IMG/VR virus record: IMGVR_UViG_3300037851_000368
Location: 1 to 40,056 of that record
Strand: one strand, 5' to 3'
DNA length: 40,056 nt
From: a virus
Taxonomy: Duplodnaviria > Caudoviricetes
Under the pieces are notes generated by a model. The model saw only the letters and a program-made list of their open reading frames with translations, did no database searches and was not told the origin of the DNA. Both the position numbers and the translations under genes were made by a program. Position 1 is the first letter of the stretch. Each line of letters begins with the position of its first letter. Shown piece after piece: positions 15,912 through 25,666 of the stretch.

Positions 15912-16744
15912 CACTGCTGCCCCGGTTGCGGCGCGATGCGCCAGTTCAGCGGGTCCGCCCCGGACAGCCGGACCCGGATCCCGCACGACGACCAGTATTG
16001 GGTCTCAATCACCCCGTCTGACCCGGCCAGCAGGTCGATCCCGACCGGCCCCGCGCACTCGAAGCGGTTGCCGCTCCCCACCTCGAGGCGGGTGCCGGCG
16101 AGACTCAGGCAGACGGCCCCGCACCCCTCGAACGCGTTGTCGCGAATCCGCCAGTTCTGGACGTTGGCCCCGATGGTTACGGTGGACTGGATGCGGGACT
16201 CGCGGAGCGTGTTGGTGTTCGGGCCGTCATAGACGCCGCCGCTTGACTGCGCCACAATCGGCCCGCCAACGTAGAGCCCGGCGAAAACGTTGTAGTACGC
16301 GGGACCCACCAGCCGGAGCGCGTCCTGCCCGGCGGGCGGCAGAATCCACAACTGCCGGAACGTCGAGGAGTAGACCCGGCTGGCGTCTACCGTCCCGAGG
16401 ATCAGACAGTTGTCAACCTCGACGAAATAGGCCGCCACCCCCGCCGCCACCCGGAACACCGGAAGGCCCGCCGGGGCGTTCAGCCCCCCGCCGCAGTTGG
16501 TGAGTCGGACAAACCGCACCTGGTTGAGCAGCAGCGGGGAGGAGTGCAGCTCGATCGCTGCGGTGCAGGCGAGCCCGTTGAAGTCGAGGGTGCCGCCCCG
16601 CACCTCCACGGCCCGGAGCGCCGAGTCCACCTGGCTGCAGCTGGTGATCCGCACCCACTGGGTCGCCGCGGGGGGCGGGGGCGCCGGGGGTTCGGTTGGG
16701 GACTGGCAGGCCAGCACGGCCAGCAGCGGGAGCAGGCGCCTCAT
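15911..16744 (-). CDS. Lipoprotein with right-handed beta-helix (pectate-lyase-like) domain
   Basis: Likely start MRRLLPLLAVLAC (lipobox), Pro linker, then repeated beta-helix-like rungs (IRDNAFEGC, GSGNRFEC). Confidence 0.7.
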   Translation of the reverse strand: MRRLLPLLAVLACQSPTEPPAPPPPAATQWVRITSCSQVDSALRAVEVRGGTLDFNGLACTAAIELHSSPLLLNQVRFVRLTNCGGGLNAPAGLPVFRVAAGVAAYFVEVDNCLILGTVDASRVYSSTFRQLWILPPAGQDALRLVGPAYYNVFAGLYVGGPIVAQSSGGVYDGPNTNTLRESRIQSTVTIGANVQNWRIRDNAFEGCGAVCLSLAGTRLEVGSGNRFECAGPVGIDLLAGSDGVIETQYWSSCGIRVRLSGADPLNWRIAPQPGQQ

Positions 16745-18594
16745 GCGGCCCTCGCGAGAGTGTTGGTGAGCCGGGGACGCGGCGTCGCCAGGGTCAGCTT
16801 GGCGTCGTGGCTGACCAGGTGGTTGGTCTCCACCCGGACGATCCGGAGCCCGGTGGCACTGATAGCCAGGTCCGGCTCCGTCACCGTGGCGGGTTGCCCG
16901 AGCGCAATCTGGGCGTAGGGCCAGGCCGTGCCGTTGACCCGGAACAGGTCGAGACAGTCCACGGCGTAGGTGGCGACCGGGGCGCTGTAGAGCGCCAGAT
17001 AGTCGTTGGCGTCCTGCGTGAGCCGGGCCGCGTAGCTCCCCACCATGAAGGGGTGCTGAATGGCGCTGCCGGGGGTCACGAAGATCGCCCCCGCATCCCA
17101 CCACATCACCCGGCCCATGCTGATCGAGACCTTGAGCGCCCGGCTCCCGGCGACCAGCTTGGTGGAGCGGTAGACGTATTGCCAGGTGCCGTCGAAGTAC
17201 GCCACGCCGTCCACGTTCAGGGCCGACGAGATTTCCACGCCGTCCACGTAGGCGCCCATCTGCACCGTGCCGGCCGCGCTGGTCGGGTCGCCTTTGAACA
17301 CGATCAGGTACACCGCGTACCAGTCCCCGGACGCTGGCACCTGCACCGTGACGGACTGCTCGTACACCCGCGAGGCCGACGTCAGTTTGACCGCCCGGCC
17401 GCCCGTCAGCCAGTTGCCCACCGTGGTGTCGATCGTGTCCGCCCCCGCGCCTGATCCCGTCCAGTCGGAGGGCGGGGAGCCGGTACGCAGGTCGGCATTC
17501 TTCAGGAGGTTGGTGGCGGCCGGATACCCGGCCTGCAGCACCCCGACCTTGACCCCGTAGGTGCTTTTGTTCGCCACCGCATCCACGTAGGGCAGATCGG
17601 TCTCCGAACTGTCCGCCACGATCCGGACATAGTCCCCGACCGTGAACCCCGCCGTCGCCGCCACGGTGAACCGGGACGTGCCGAGCGACTGCCGGGAGCT
17701 GCCGGTGATCTGCTGTGTCCCGCCGCCCGCCTTCCGCAGATACAGGTTGTCGAACTGGTCGGTTTCCTGCACCGGCCCCGGCCCGCCCGCGACATCGACC
17801 ACCTCGACGTAGGTATTCAGGCTGACGGCACTGACCTGCCAGATCGCCGAGCCGCAATGATTCCCGTCCGAACCCAGGGGATAGACCCGCGTGGCCATGT
17901 CCGCCGTGTCCAGCTTCCGGGTGACCGCCGCCATCGCGCCCCCGGTGCGGAGGTCGAGCGTGGTGGCGGACCCGTTGTAGTCGGTCAGATCGACGTAGTA
18001 CCCTGTGGTGCCGTTCCGCCGGGCGCTGATCCGGTAGGGCGTCGCCACCGTGCCGGCCGTCTTGTTCGCCAGTTCGGCGATCGTCAGGGCCGCCGCCAGC
18101 GGCGTTGCCCGACTGGTGGTCAACTCGATCGTCGCGGTCGGGGTGACGGTGCCGACCGACCAGATCGCCGGGAGATGCGCGTCTACCCGGTTTGTCAGGG
18201 CGGTGGTCGGGGTGATCGCCGTGTCCGACGTCGCCAGCGCCACCGCGCCGCTCGTCGTGGTGCCCACCAGCGTGTCCCCGGTGGCGAGGTCGTACACGAT
18301 CCCCAGCGCCTCCACCAGGACCAGGTCGTCCCGCCCGACGCTGTCCATGACGCTGGCGATCCGGAACTCGTCCCACGTCCCGTCGTCATAGACGACCCGG
18401 AGGATCCGCCGGCCGACCAGCTCCGCGCGGTCGGCCCAGCTGCGCGGCACGGTCACCGACAGTTTCTGGCTGACCAGATAGCCCAGGAACTCCTCCACGA
18501 CGCGGAACGTCCCCGCCACCGGCAGGACGCCCTTGGCGGTCCCGCTGTTGCAGGCCAGGTCCGTCCAGACCTCGCAGCGGATCGCCTGTCTCAC
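16741..18594 (-). CDS. Tail spike / Tal-like baseplate hub protein with inserted carbohydrate-binding-like module
   Basis: ATRVYPLGSDG Tal motif, TYGVK.G, TNLLKNA...W CBM-like insert; follows Dit. Confidence 0.75.
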   Translation of the reverse strand: MRQAIRCEVWTDLACNSGTAKGVLPVAGTFRVVEEFLGYLVSQKLSVTVPRSWADRAELVGRRILRVVYDDGTWDEFRIASVMDSVGRDDLVLVEALGIVYDLATGDTLVGTTTSGAVALATSDTAITPTTALTNRVDAHLPAIWSVGTVTPTATIELTTSRATPLAAALTIAELANKTAGTVATPYRISARRNGTTGYYVDLTDYNGSATTLDLRTGGAMAAVTRKLDTADMATRVYPLGSDGNHCGSAIWQVSAVSLNTYVEVVDVAGGPGPVQETDQFDNLYLRKAGGGTQQITGSSRQSLGTSRFTVAATAGFTVGDYVRIVADSSETDLPYVDAVANKSTYGVKVGVLQAGYPAATNLLKNADLRTGSPPSDWTGSGAGADTIDTTVGNWLTGGRAVKLTSASRVYEQSVTVQVPASGDWYAVYLIVFKGDPTSAAGTVQMGAYVDGVEISSALNVDGVAYFDGTWQYVYRSTKLVAGSRALKVSISMGRVMWWDAGAIFVTPGSAIQHPFMVGSYAARLTQDANDYLALYSAPVATYAVDCLDLFRVNGTAWPYAQIALGQPATVTEPDLAISATGLRIVRVETNHLVSHDAKLTLATPRPRLTNTLARAA

Positions 18595-19316
18595 CAGGCC
18601 ACCGCCATCTGGGCCGCCGTCAGGCTGCCGTAGGCCAGCCGGGACCGGATCAGGCTGATCGCCGCAGCGTTGGTGCTGCCGGTGGAGTTGGCGTAGAGCC
18701 GGGTATCCCCCCAGGCCGCCGCGAGCGTGTTGGTCCCGCTGGCGGTCGCCGAGGACTCCGCCGCCCCGTTGACAGACTGGTGGATTTGCACAACGCCCGT
18801 GGCCGACAGGGTCGCCCGGAGCGCCACCCGGTTGCCGGACGCCGGGGCCGCGCTGAGGGTGGACGTGACCTCGGTGCTGCCGTTGTGGTGACGCACCCGC
18901 CAATAGGTGCCGGTGGAGTCAATCCAGAGCCGCGCCCCGGTGTTCCCGGCGTTGCCCAGGTACCAGATGCACGACGAGGCCGCCGGGACCGCCCCTGGCT
19001 GCACGAACTCGAGGTAGACCGTGACGGCGGCCGGCAGGACCGGGACCGACCAGTAGCAGGTGTCCGAGGTACCCAGCAGCAGCGCCAGCGTGTCCCGCGT
19101 GGCGTCCCCGTCCCAGTCCTCGTGCTGCCACGCCGGGCGATCCCGCGGCACCGTCCGGGCTACCGCGTTGTAGTCCACCGGCGCTGCCGTCACGGCCCGC
19201 GCCAGCGTGGCAGACTGCCCGGACAGGGCAGTCAGCGACGCCAGATCCCCCCGCCAGTGGAACGGCAGGCGCGACACCCGGGTCACGCGACCAGAGAACA
19301 GGGCGGGGAGCGTCAC
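18591..19316 (-). CDS. Spike/fibre protein with LamG-like C-terminal domain
   Basis: TLARAVTAAPVD...RP...LLL N-terminal fibre motif; VNG and jelly-roll-like C-terminus. Confidence 0.6.
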   Translation of the reverse strand: MTLPALFSGRVTRVSRLPFHWRGDLASLTALSGQSATLARAVTAAPVDYNAVARTVPRDRPAWQHEDWDGDATRDTLALLLGTSDTCYWSVPVLPAAVTVYLEFVQPGAVPAASSCIWYLGNAGNTGARLWIDSTGTYWRVRHHNGSTEVTSTLSAAPASGNRVALRATLSATGVVQIHQSVNGAAESSATASGTNTLAAAWGDTRLYANSTGSTNAAAISLIRSRLAYGSLTAAQMAVAW

Positions 19317-20113
19317 CAGAACCTCTTGCTGTACAGGACCTCAACGTCCCCGTCCGAGGTCTCCACGGTGGGCCAGCGGCTGTTGCCGTAGTCACCCCAC
19401 GCCGGGTCGAGCCGGAACGGGAACGTGCCGCTGGTCAGCTGACTGATGCCGTTGGCGGCCGTCCCCGAGGCGTATTTCGTGATCGTCCCGGCCGCACAGT
19501 CCACCTCGAGGGTGTCCGTCGAGGCCAGGGTCGCAAAAACCAGCGTCACCTGGGCCGTGCCGCCGCTATCCCGGATCGTCACGGTCGGGGTGGTCGCCGC
19601 CCCCAGCACGGTCAGGCGCGGAGTGGAGGGGGCCGTGCCCAGGGGCAGGTTGTACCGGGTGGCGGCGGTCGGGGCGGACACCACGATCGGCCCGGCGCTG
19701 TCCCGCCAGATCGCATCGGGGCAGGTCAGCACGGCGGAGAACTCACTGACCACCGCCTGCAGGGGGTGGCCAATCGGCGTGATCGCTAGGGATTCCAGCA
19801 GCCCGTCGATCGTCAGGTCCGGACTGGTGCCCTCGTCGATCGTGACCGCCATCAGCCCGGCGTTCGAGAGGTGGTCCTTGAGGACGTGCTCCGCCGCCAC
19901 CCGGGCCGCCACGGTGTTGGCGCTGGTCACGATCCGGCCCCCGATCGTCAGGGTGCGGGCGCCGATCACCGGCGTCCCCGGCGCGGCCCCGGCCCGGCCA
20001 TAGAGCGCCGCGGCCGGGAACCGCCGGGGGGCGACGTGCCGCGCATCGGCCGTCTCGTAGACGTAGGCCGACAGGCTCGACAGCGTCTTCCCGTTGATCG
20101 TGATGTCCGCCAT
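19313..20113 (-). CDS. Distal tail protein (Dit)-like
   Basis: ITING, R.LTI.G, CPD..W, GTAP.TP, LEVDC; immediately after the tape measure gene. Confidence 0.75.
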   Translation of the reverse strand: MADITINGKTLSSLSAYVYETADARHVAPRRFPAAALYGRAGAAPGTPVIGARTLTIGGRIVTSANTVAARVAAEHVLKDHLSNAGLMAVTIDEGTSPDLTIDGLLESLAITPIGHPLQAVVSEFSAVLTCPDAIWRDSAGPIVVSAPTAATRYNLPLGTAPSTPRLTVLGAATTPTVTIRDSGGTAQVTLVFATLASTDTLEVDCAAGTITKYASGTAANGISQLTSGTFPFRLDPAWGDYGNSRWPTVETSDGDVEVLYSKRFW

Positions 20114-20114
20114 C

Positions 20115-22808
20115 TCAGGTCAGACTCCGCGTGACGTCGCCCGTGGCGAGCCGATCCTCCCGGTACGCCTCCGCCAGCGCCTCATTGATCGCGGCCGTGA
20201 CCGCCTCCTGCACCGCCGCCCCCGTCTCCGCCGAGGTCGGCCCGCCCTGGACGTAGATGTCCCCGACCTGCACCGTGACCGCCCGGGGCGCGGTCACCAC
20301 GGCCCCGGTGTCGATATCGGTCCAGCGGGTAATCAGGGTGCCGATCCCGGCGTCGATCGAGGCCAGGTAGTCCACTTGCTGGGTGCCGATGTCCGCGAAC
20401 GACACCGACAGGTCCCCGAACGCGGCGCCGAGGTCGAGCGGGGGCCGGTCGGGGTCCCTGGGCAGGTTCGGCTTGAACCACCCCGTCCCCACACCCTCCA
20501 CGTTCAGCTGCTCCATGAAGAACTGGATCGCCTCGGTGAAGTCGGACAGGTTGAACCCGCCGAGGTCGCCCGCCGTCAGGTTCGGCAGGTCGGCAAGCAG
20601 CCCCTGCAAGAACGATCCGGCGCCCGCCCTGCCTTCGGCGGTGGTGACGTCGAAGTCGGCCAGCCCCTCGAGCCGGCCGCCGCCGAACCGCTGCGTGAAC
20701 AACTGGTTCAGGGCTTGGCCCCAGACGTTGACCGGGTCCACCGCCCCGCCACCCAGCGCAGCATCCAGCCAGGAGCGGAACTCGTCCCAGTCGAACTGCT
20801 GCCCCTCGGTCTGCAGGGACTGAATGCCCGCCAGTAGCTGCTGGAACACGCCGGGGACGAGCCGCCCGTTCTTGTCGAACAGTTCAATCCCGAGGTCTCC
20901 CGCCACGCTCTCGATATCGCCCCGCGAGAGGCCGAAGTTGTCCGTGAACCACTGCCACATATCGACCGGGTTGGCGTTCGTGCCCCAAGTCTGGATGTAG
21001 TTTTGCAGCGCCGATCCGACCTGCTGAATCATTCCGCCGGCGCTGGAGACGTCCCCCAGATCGGTGATCCCGGCGGTCAAGTCGCGCAGGGCTTCCGTGT
21101 TTTTCCGCAGCAGATCCTTCCGGGCCTTTTCCTCCGGGGACTCGCCGCCGCCGAAGATGGACCCCAGAATCCCGGTGAGCCCCCCGAGGATGCCGGTCAG
21201 GCCGGACCAGTCGCCGCCGGCCACCTGGGCGATACTGCTGCCGAGGGTCGTGATGTTCTGCATGGCCGCCGAAGCCGCGTCATCGATCAGCCCGAGGCCG
21301 TCCGCAAACCCGATCGCGGCCCGCGCCCCGTCCTCGAGCGAGAGGCCCGACTTCTTGCCGGCCTCGGCCACGTCCTCCACCCCAGAGGCCGCCTTGCCCG
21401 CCGGGATAGCCACCATCTCCAGCGCCCGCGTCGTGTCCTTGACCTTGGGCGTGATGTCCCCGAAACTGTCCGCCACACCCTGCAGGTGCCGCGTCCACCC
21501 GGAGGCGAGCTTGGCGTTGAGGGCGTCGATCCGGGCATAGCCGGATTCCAGATCCCGAATCGTGACCCCGAGGGACTGGCCCAGTTGCTGCCGCCGCCCG
21601 ACCTGCTCCCGCGCCTCCGACTCCGTGATCCCCTCTTGGATCTGCAGCGACTTGACCGCAATCTCGGTTTCGACCTTCAGCTTTTCCTTCGCGTAGTCGT
21701 CACTCGCCTTGGCACGGGCCTTGGCCTCCCCCTCGGACACCCGCGCTCGATCGGTAGCCCCCGCCTTCGCCGCATCCGTGGCGGCCTTCTCGCCGCCCTT
21801 CGTGGCCGACCAAATGGCCTTGTACCCGTTGACGGCTGCCTTGTGCATAGCGGTGCCGGCCGCCGCCACAGCATCGCCGGTCTTACTGACCCACTCGATC
21901 CCGATCTTTTCGAACAGCCCGCCAGCCGCCTTGGCGAACGTCCCGACGCCTTCCAGTACCACGCTGAGAACATCCAGCAGACCGAGGAATGCCGTGGCCA
22001 GGATCTTGAGCGGCCCGCTGGCAACGGCCCACACAGCCTTGCCCATGGCGACGATCGCGCTAACGAACGCCTGGATCGCCTCGCTGTTGTCCTCCACGAA
22101 CTTCGCCATCCCCGCCAGAACGTTGACCAGGCCGCTGCCCGCCTCAGATACCCCGTCCGTGCCGATGATGGCCAGGCCGACCGCTTCTTTGAACTCGCCC
22201 CACTGGTTCGTGATGCGCGTCAGGACGCCGCCGAAGGTCTGGCCCTCTTGCTCTGCGAACCCGCCCACGCTGGCCCGCAGGTTGTCGAGGACGACCGTCG
22301 CGTCCTTCCCGGCAAACCCCAGCCGGTTGAGGCCGGTCACGTTGCCGTTCATGGCCTTGCTGACCAGATCGGATGCCGTCGACAGGTCGATCTGCCGGGC
22401 CGCGGCCAGGTCGGCCACCAGTGCAAGGTTTTTCTGGGAGCCCGTCACGTCGCCCGTCAACGTGACCATATTGGTCAGCGCCTGACGGAGGTCGTCGTCC
22501 GTGTGCTTCGTCAGCCGGACGATGCCCTTGATCGTGTCCTCGAGCGCGGGCCGGAGGGGGCCGAAATCGCCGCCGGCGTTGCGGACGGCCACGCCAAGGC
22601 GGCCGACGCTCAGCTCGGCCTTGGTCGCCTCCTCGATGCTGTCCTTGAAGAACTTGCCGAGCGCGGCACCTGCGGCGAGGGCGCCAAGCGCCTTGAAGGC
22701 GAGGCCCATCCTGCCGACCGCGCCCGTGACCGACCCCTCGACCTTGCCGATCGTAGCGCTCGCGGCGTCCTTCGCCTGCAGGATGACTTCCAGTACCCGA
22801 CTGGCCAT
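20115..22808 (-). CDS. Tail tape measure protein (897 aa)
   Basis: LEVILQAKDAAS N-terminus; long Ala/Gly-rich helical sequence after the chaperones. Confidence 0.92.
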   Translation of the reverse strand: MASRVLEVILQAKDAASATIGKVEGSVTGAVGRMGLAFKALGALAAGAALGKFFKDSIEEATKAELSVGRLGVAVRNAGGDFGPLRPALEDTIKGIVRLTKHTDDDLRQALTNMVTLTGDVTGSQKNLALVADLAAARQIDLSTASDLVSKAMNGNVTGLNRLGFAGKDATVVLDNLRASVGGFAEQEGQTFGGVLTRITNQWGEFKEAVGLAIIGTDGVSEAGSGLVNVLAGMAKFVEDNSEAIQAFVSAIVAMGKAVWAVASGPLKILATAFLGLLDVLSVVLEGVGTFAKAAGGLFEKIGIEWVSKTGDAVAAAGTAMHKAAVNGYKAIWSATKGGEKAATDAAKAGATDRARVSEGEAKARAKASDDYAKEKLKVETEIAVKSLQIQEGITESEAREQVGRRQQLGQSLGVTIRDLESGYARIDALNAKLASGWTRHLQGVADSFGDITPKVKDTTRALEMVAIPAGKAASGVEDVAEAGKKSGLSLEDGARAAIGFADGLGLIDDAASAAMQNITTLGSSIAQVAGGDWSGLTGILGGLTGILGSIFGGGESPEEKARKDLLRKNTEALRDLTAGITDLGDVSSAGGMIQQVGSALQNYIQTWGTNANPVDMWQWFTDNFGLSRGDIESVAGDLGIELFDKNGRLVPGVFQQLLAGIQSLQTEGQQFDWDEFRSWLDAALGGGAVDPVNVWGQALNQLFTQRFGGGRLEGLADFDVTTAEGRAGAGSFLQGLLADLPNLTAGDLGGFNLSDFTEAIQFFMEQLNVEGVGTGWFKPNLPRDPDRPPLDLGAAFGDLSVSFADIGTQQVDYLASIDAGIGTLITRWTDIDTGAVVTAPRAVTVQVGDIYVQGGPTSAETGAAVQEAVTAAINEALAEAYREDRLATGDVTRSLT

Positions 22809-23473
22809 CTACCCCCCGCTCGCGATCCGTTGCTCCTCTGCCACGATCCGCCGCCGATCCGCCGCGTCGGCCTGCACCAGCGACTGCGCTCGTGCCATGT
22901 CCAGCCGGTCCCACGCCCGCCCCGCCCCGATCGCGCTGTACCAGCCCCAGAACTGCCGGTACTCTGGCAACCCGTCCGACGTCCCCCAGAGTCCGGGGTT
23001 GTGCCACCACCCAGCGCCGTACCACCGCGCCGCCACCGTCAGGGCCAGCACCGCCGGGCTTAGACCGCGACCCCCTCGATCTCCACCGCCCCGCTCATCA
23101 GGGGTGGTGTTGGCGCGGATGAGGGCGGCGAGGGCCGGGTTGCCTTCGTCGTCCCCTTCGTCCGGGACAGGATCCGCGCCAACCAGTCGAAAAAATCCTG
23201 CAGCACCGCCGTCCGCGCTGCGGTGTCCAACGCCATGACCAGATACACCGGGTCCCGACCGAAGACGTACCCCCAGCGGGCCGGGAAGATCAGGCGCAGA
23301 AACGCCGCCAAGATGGCGTCCTGTTTCGCCACATCCTCCCCGGCCGCGGCGAGGTCGCGCTGGAAGGCCAGCGCCTGCAGGACACTAACGGGCCGGCCGG
23401 TGTAGGTCCGGCCGCGCAACCGCAGTGTCCACGGCTCCCGCGCCGACAGGAAGGCGTCCGCGTCAAATCCCAC
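22809..23473 (-). CDS. Tail assembly chaperone long form (G-T, via -1 frameshift, ~220 aa)
   Basis: The -1 frame from G GAT TTT TTC reads FRLVGADPVPDEGDDEG...VLALTVAARWYG without a stop until 22809. Confidence 0.8.
23060..23473 (-). CDS. Tail assembly chaperone short form (G)
   Basis: Lies between the tail tube and tape measure genes; contains the slippery site. Confidence 0.8.
   Translation of the reverse strand: MGFDADAFLSAREPWTLRLRGRTYTGRPVSVLQALAFQRDLAAAGEDVAKQDAILAAFLRLIFPARWGYVFGRDPVYLVMALDTAARTAVLQDFFDWLARILSRTKGTTKATRPSPPSSAPTPPLMSGAVEIEGVAV
23189..23198 (-). other. Programmed -1 ribosomal frameshift site GGATTTTTTC
   Basis: In-frame CAG GAT TTT TTC; the -1 frame joins the 22809-23051 ORF. 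Confidence 0.8.
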
Positions 23474-23527
23474 GGGTCACCGTCCCGGTCCCGTTGGCCC
23501 AGGTCCAGGTTCCCACGTCCCCAGTCA

Positions 23528-24553
23528 TCAGTCGAACGTGACGGTGAGATCGTCCGCCGCGACGGGCGTGCTGCAATAGCCCCGCACCGTCAGCTCCATG
23601 CAGGCCACCCCGTCAACGACCTGCGGGCTGATCCCGACCACCTGCGCCTGCGGGAACGCCAGCTTCCAGCGGTTGTACTGGGTCGAGCCGAACTGGATGC
23701 TGAACGCGAAGGACGGCGCGTCCTGCTCGATCTGGTACGGGTCAAACCCGCTGGCCGCGTGGAACGGGGTGCCCTGCAGCGCGGTGGACTCCAGCACCAC
23801 CCGCGCCTCCGGCGACCGTCCCCGGGGCACGAAGCCGAGATGCCCAGCGGCCCCCGTCAGGGCCGCCCGCGGCATGATCTCACGGTTGAGCGCAAAGCCG
23901 CACGACTTCACCACCGCGTTTGTCGTGAAGTTGCCGAGAACGAAGGTCACGTTCTGCGCCAACGCCGCCTGGATGCTGGTCAGGGGGTAGGTAATCGTCG
24001 GCGTCGCGACGTCGCTGATGTCGGCGCTGAGGATCCCGCTCATGGGGAAGCGGTGCGTTGGCGGCCCCTGGTTGGGGGCGTCGAATGACCAGTCGAAGAG
24101 CGAGCCCACAATGGGCACCTTCTCCGCCCGGCCGTACAGTTCGCAGGTGAGGGACGTGTACGACGTCCCCGGCGCGGTCGGCGTGTAGGTCCACTTTTCT
24201 GCCGCGCTGGTGGTCGTCACGGCGGCGTCGAACCCGGACGCTTTCAGCAGGCGGTGGATCGACGGGACCACGGAGGCGCTGTAGGCGGCCCCGGCGCCCT
24301 TGGCCCGTGTCACGGGCTCGAACGCGACCGACTGGCCAGCCTTCGCGGCCCGGAGCACGGTCCCCAGGTTCCCGACCGAGGGGCCGAGGTCGCCGTCGAA
24401 CGTGTAGCCGAGGGTGACCCACGGATAATCCCGGTTGTCGTACTGCAGTTGGATGCCGTCGGAGGTCGTGGCGAGGGACACCGCGGTGCCGTAGGTGCTC
24501 TCCTCCTTCCCCATGAACCCCATGATCTGTACGAGTTTCGCTGGCGCAGGCAT
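23528..24553 (-). CDS. Major tail (tube) protein
   Basis: GKEESTYGT N-terminus and DDLTVTFD C-terminus; GGGAGG SD. Confidence 0.85.
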   Translation of the reverse strand: MPAPAKLVQIMGFMGKEESTYGTAVSLATTSDGIQLQYDNRDYPWVTLGYTFDGDLGPSVGNLGTVLRAAKAGQSVAFEPVTRAKGAGAAYSASVVPSIHRLLKASGFDAAVTTTSAAEKWTYTPTAPGTSYTSLTCELYGRAEKVPIVGSLFDWSFDAPNQGPPTHRFPMSGILSADISDVATPTITYPLTSIQAALAQNVTFVLGNFTTNAVVKSCGFALNREIMPRAALTGAAGHLGFVPRGRSPEARVVLESTALQGTPFHAASGFDPYQIEQDAPSFAFSIQFGSTQYNRWKLAFPQAQVVGISPQVVDGVACMELTVRGYCSTPVAADDLTVTFD

Positions 24554-24574
24554 GGCCGCCCCTCCCGAAGGTTG

Positions 24575-25087
24575 TTAGATGCCGTAATCCCGAGCGGTCA
24601 CCGGCACCGTCAGGGTGCCAACGACCAGCGTATCTTCCACGCGCTCAAACCAGGGATCGAACCGCACCGGATCAATCCCGATCAGCGCCACACTATTCCG
24701 GAGCCTGGCGGCGGCGTTGCCGTCCGTCCGGCGCAATTTGCGGAGCGACCACGCGACTGCCCGAAGCGTGGTGTTGCCGTCCCGCTTGGCCTTCCAGGCA
24801 TCCAGGTTCTTGGCGGCGTACTGGATGACCAGCTCCGCCGCGAGAAACCCGTCATCCGTCACGGTCTCGGTGAGATGGGTCGCCCCCTGCATGGCCACGG
24901 TCACCACGGGCGTCCCGTCTTCGGGCACCCGGCCCCGGGCCGGCCGGTTGTCCCGGGTTTCGTCCAGGATCGTGACGTTGCCGGGCTGCGGATCGCCGCC
25001 GTCGCGGGGCACCAGCGCCAGTTGGGCGTTGACCCCGTTCGTCCCGTCCTCGAGCCAGTCGGCGACGATCCGGATCAGTTCATTCAC
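24575..25087 (-). CDS. Tail terminator-like protein
   Basis: Position before the tail tube gene; alpha/beta pattern. Confidence 0.6.
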   Translation of the reverse strand: MNELIRIVADWLEDGTNGVNAQLALVPRDGGDPQPGNVTILDETRDNRPARGRVPEDGTPVVTVAMQGATHLTETVTDDGFLAAELVIQYAAKNLDAWKAKRDGNTTLRAVAWSLRKLRRTDGNAAARLRNSVALIGIDPVRFDPWFERVEDTLVVGTLTVPVTARDYGI

Positions 25088-25100
25088 AGGGCACCCCGCA

Positions 25101-25406
25101 TCATGCCGCCACCGGGACGCGCCACAGGATCCCGTCCGCCAACCGCTGGATGTCCACCACCCGATACCCGGTCAGGTTCTGATCGTCCGTCAGGGTGCCG
25201 ATCGAGATCGTGTCTTCCCGTGCCAGGTCCGGCACGTCGGCGCCGACCAAGGTCAGCACCCGCACCCGGACCACCGCATCCCCGCCTGGGGTCACGGCGT
25301 CGGCCTCGGCATCGTCGAACAGGCCCCGTGTATCCACGGTGCCGGCGACCACGCGCACGGAGCCGAACCCGGTCACAATCGCCCGGGCATCGTCCACCAC
25401 CGTCAC
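25101..25406 (-). CDS. Head-tail joining protein (gpFII-like head closure)
   Basis: RGLFD...L...DTI.I...YRV.DIQ...DG pattern. Confidence 0.7.
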   Translation of the reverse strand: MTVVDDARAIVTGFGSVRVVAGTVDTRGLFDDAEADAVTPGGDAVVRVRVLTLVGADVPDLAREDTISIGTLTDDQNLTGYRVVDIQRLADGILWRVPVAA

Positions 25407-25666
25407 CGCCGCATCCTCCGGACGGGCTCCCGGTGACGCACGACTGGGGCCGCCTCCGCCTCATCTGCCACGGAAGCGGCGGGCGCGGGCGGGGGGGAAA
25501 CCGCCCGCACAACCTTGCCCGCAGCTAACAGCATCTCGGCATCCGTCGGGGACACCCTGACCACATCCCCCGCCGACAGACTCCGCCCGTCCCACCAGAC
25601 GCCCCGGACCACCCGCACCGAAACGGGCGGGCGATCCAGAACGCCGGCGGGGGTCAGTACCCGCAT
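25403..25666 (-). CDS. Small capsid-associated protein (gpFI position)
   Basis: VRVVRGVWWDG....AGDVV.V....A..L.A.GKV motif, coupled after the capsid gene. Confidence 0.65.
   Translation of the reverse strand: MRVLTPAGVLDRPPVSVRVVRGVWWDGRSLSAGDVVRVSPTDAEMLLAAGKVVRAVSPPPAPAASVADEAEAAPVVRHREPVRRMRR

Noticed and set aside
16745-18376. 821-aa ORF as one protein, and similar N-terminal extensions on int, portal, terL, both methyltransferases and the GT halves
   Set aside because: The extensions overlap upstream genes in another frame and are low-complexity; likely starts lie at ATGA/GTGA overlaps.
21003-23063. Long plus-strand ORFs (also 282-1709, 8737-10005, 10707-11984, 24254-25528, 25708-27585, 37218-38300)
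   Set aside because: Antisense shadows of real genes in GC-rich DNA; Arg/Pro/Gly-rich with no recognisable motifs.
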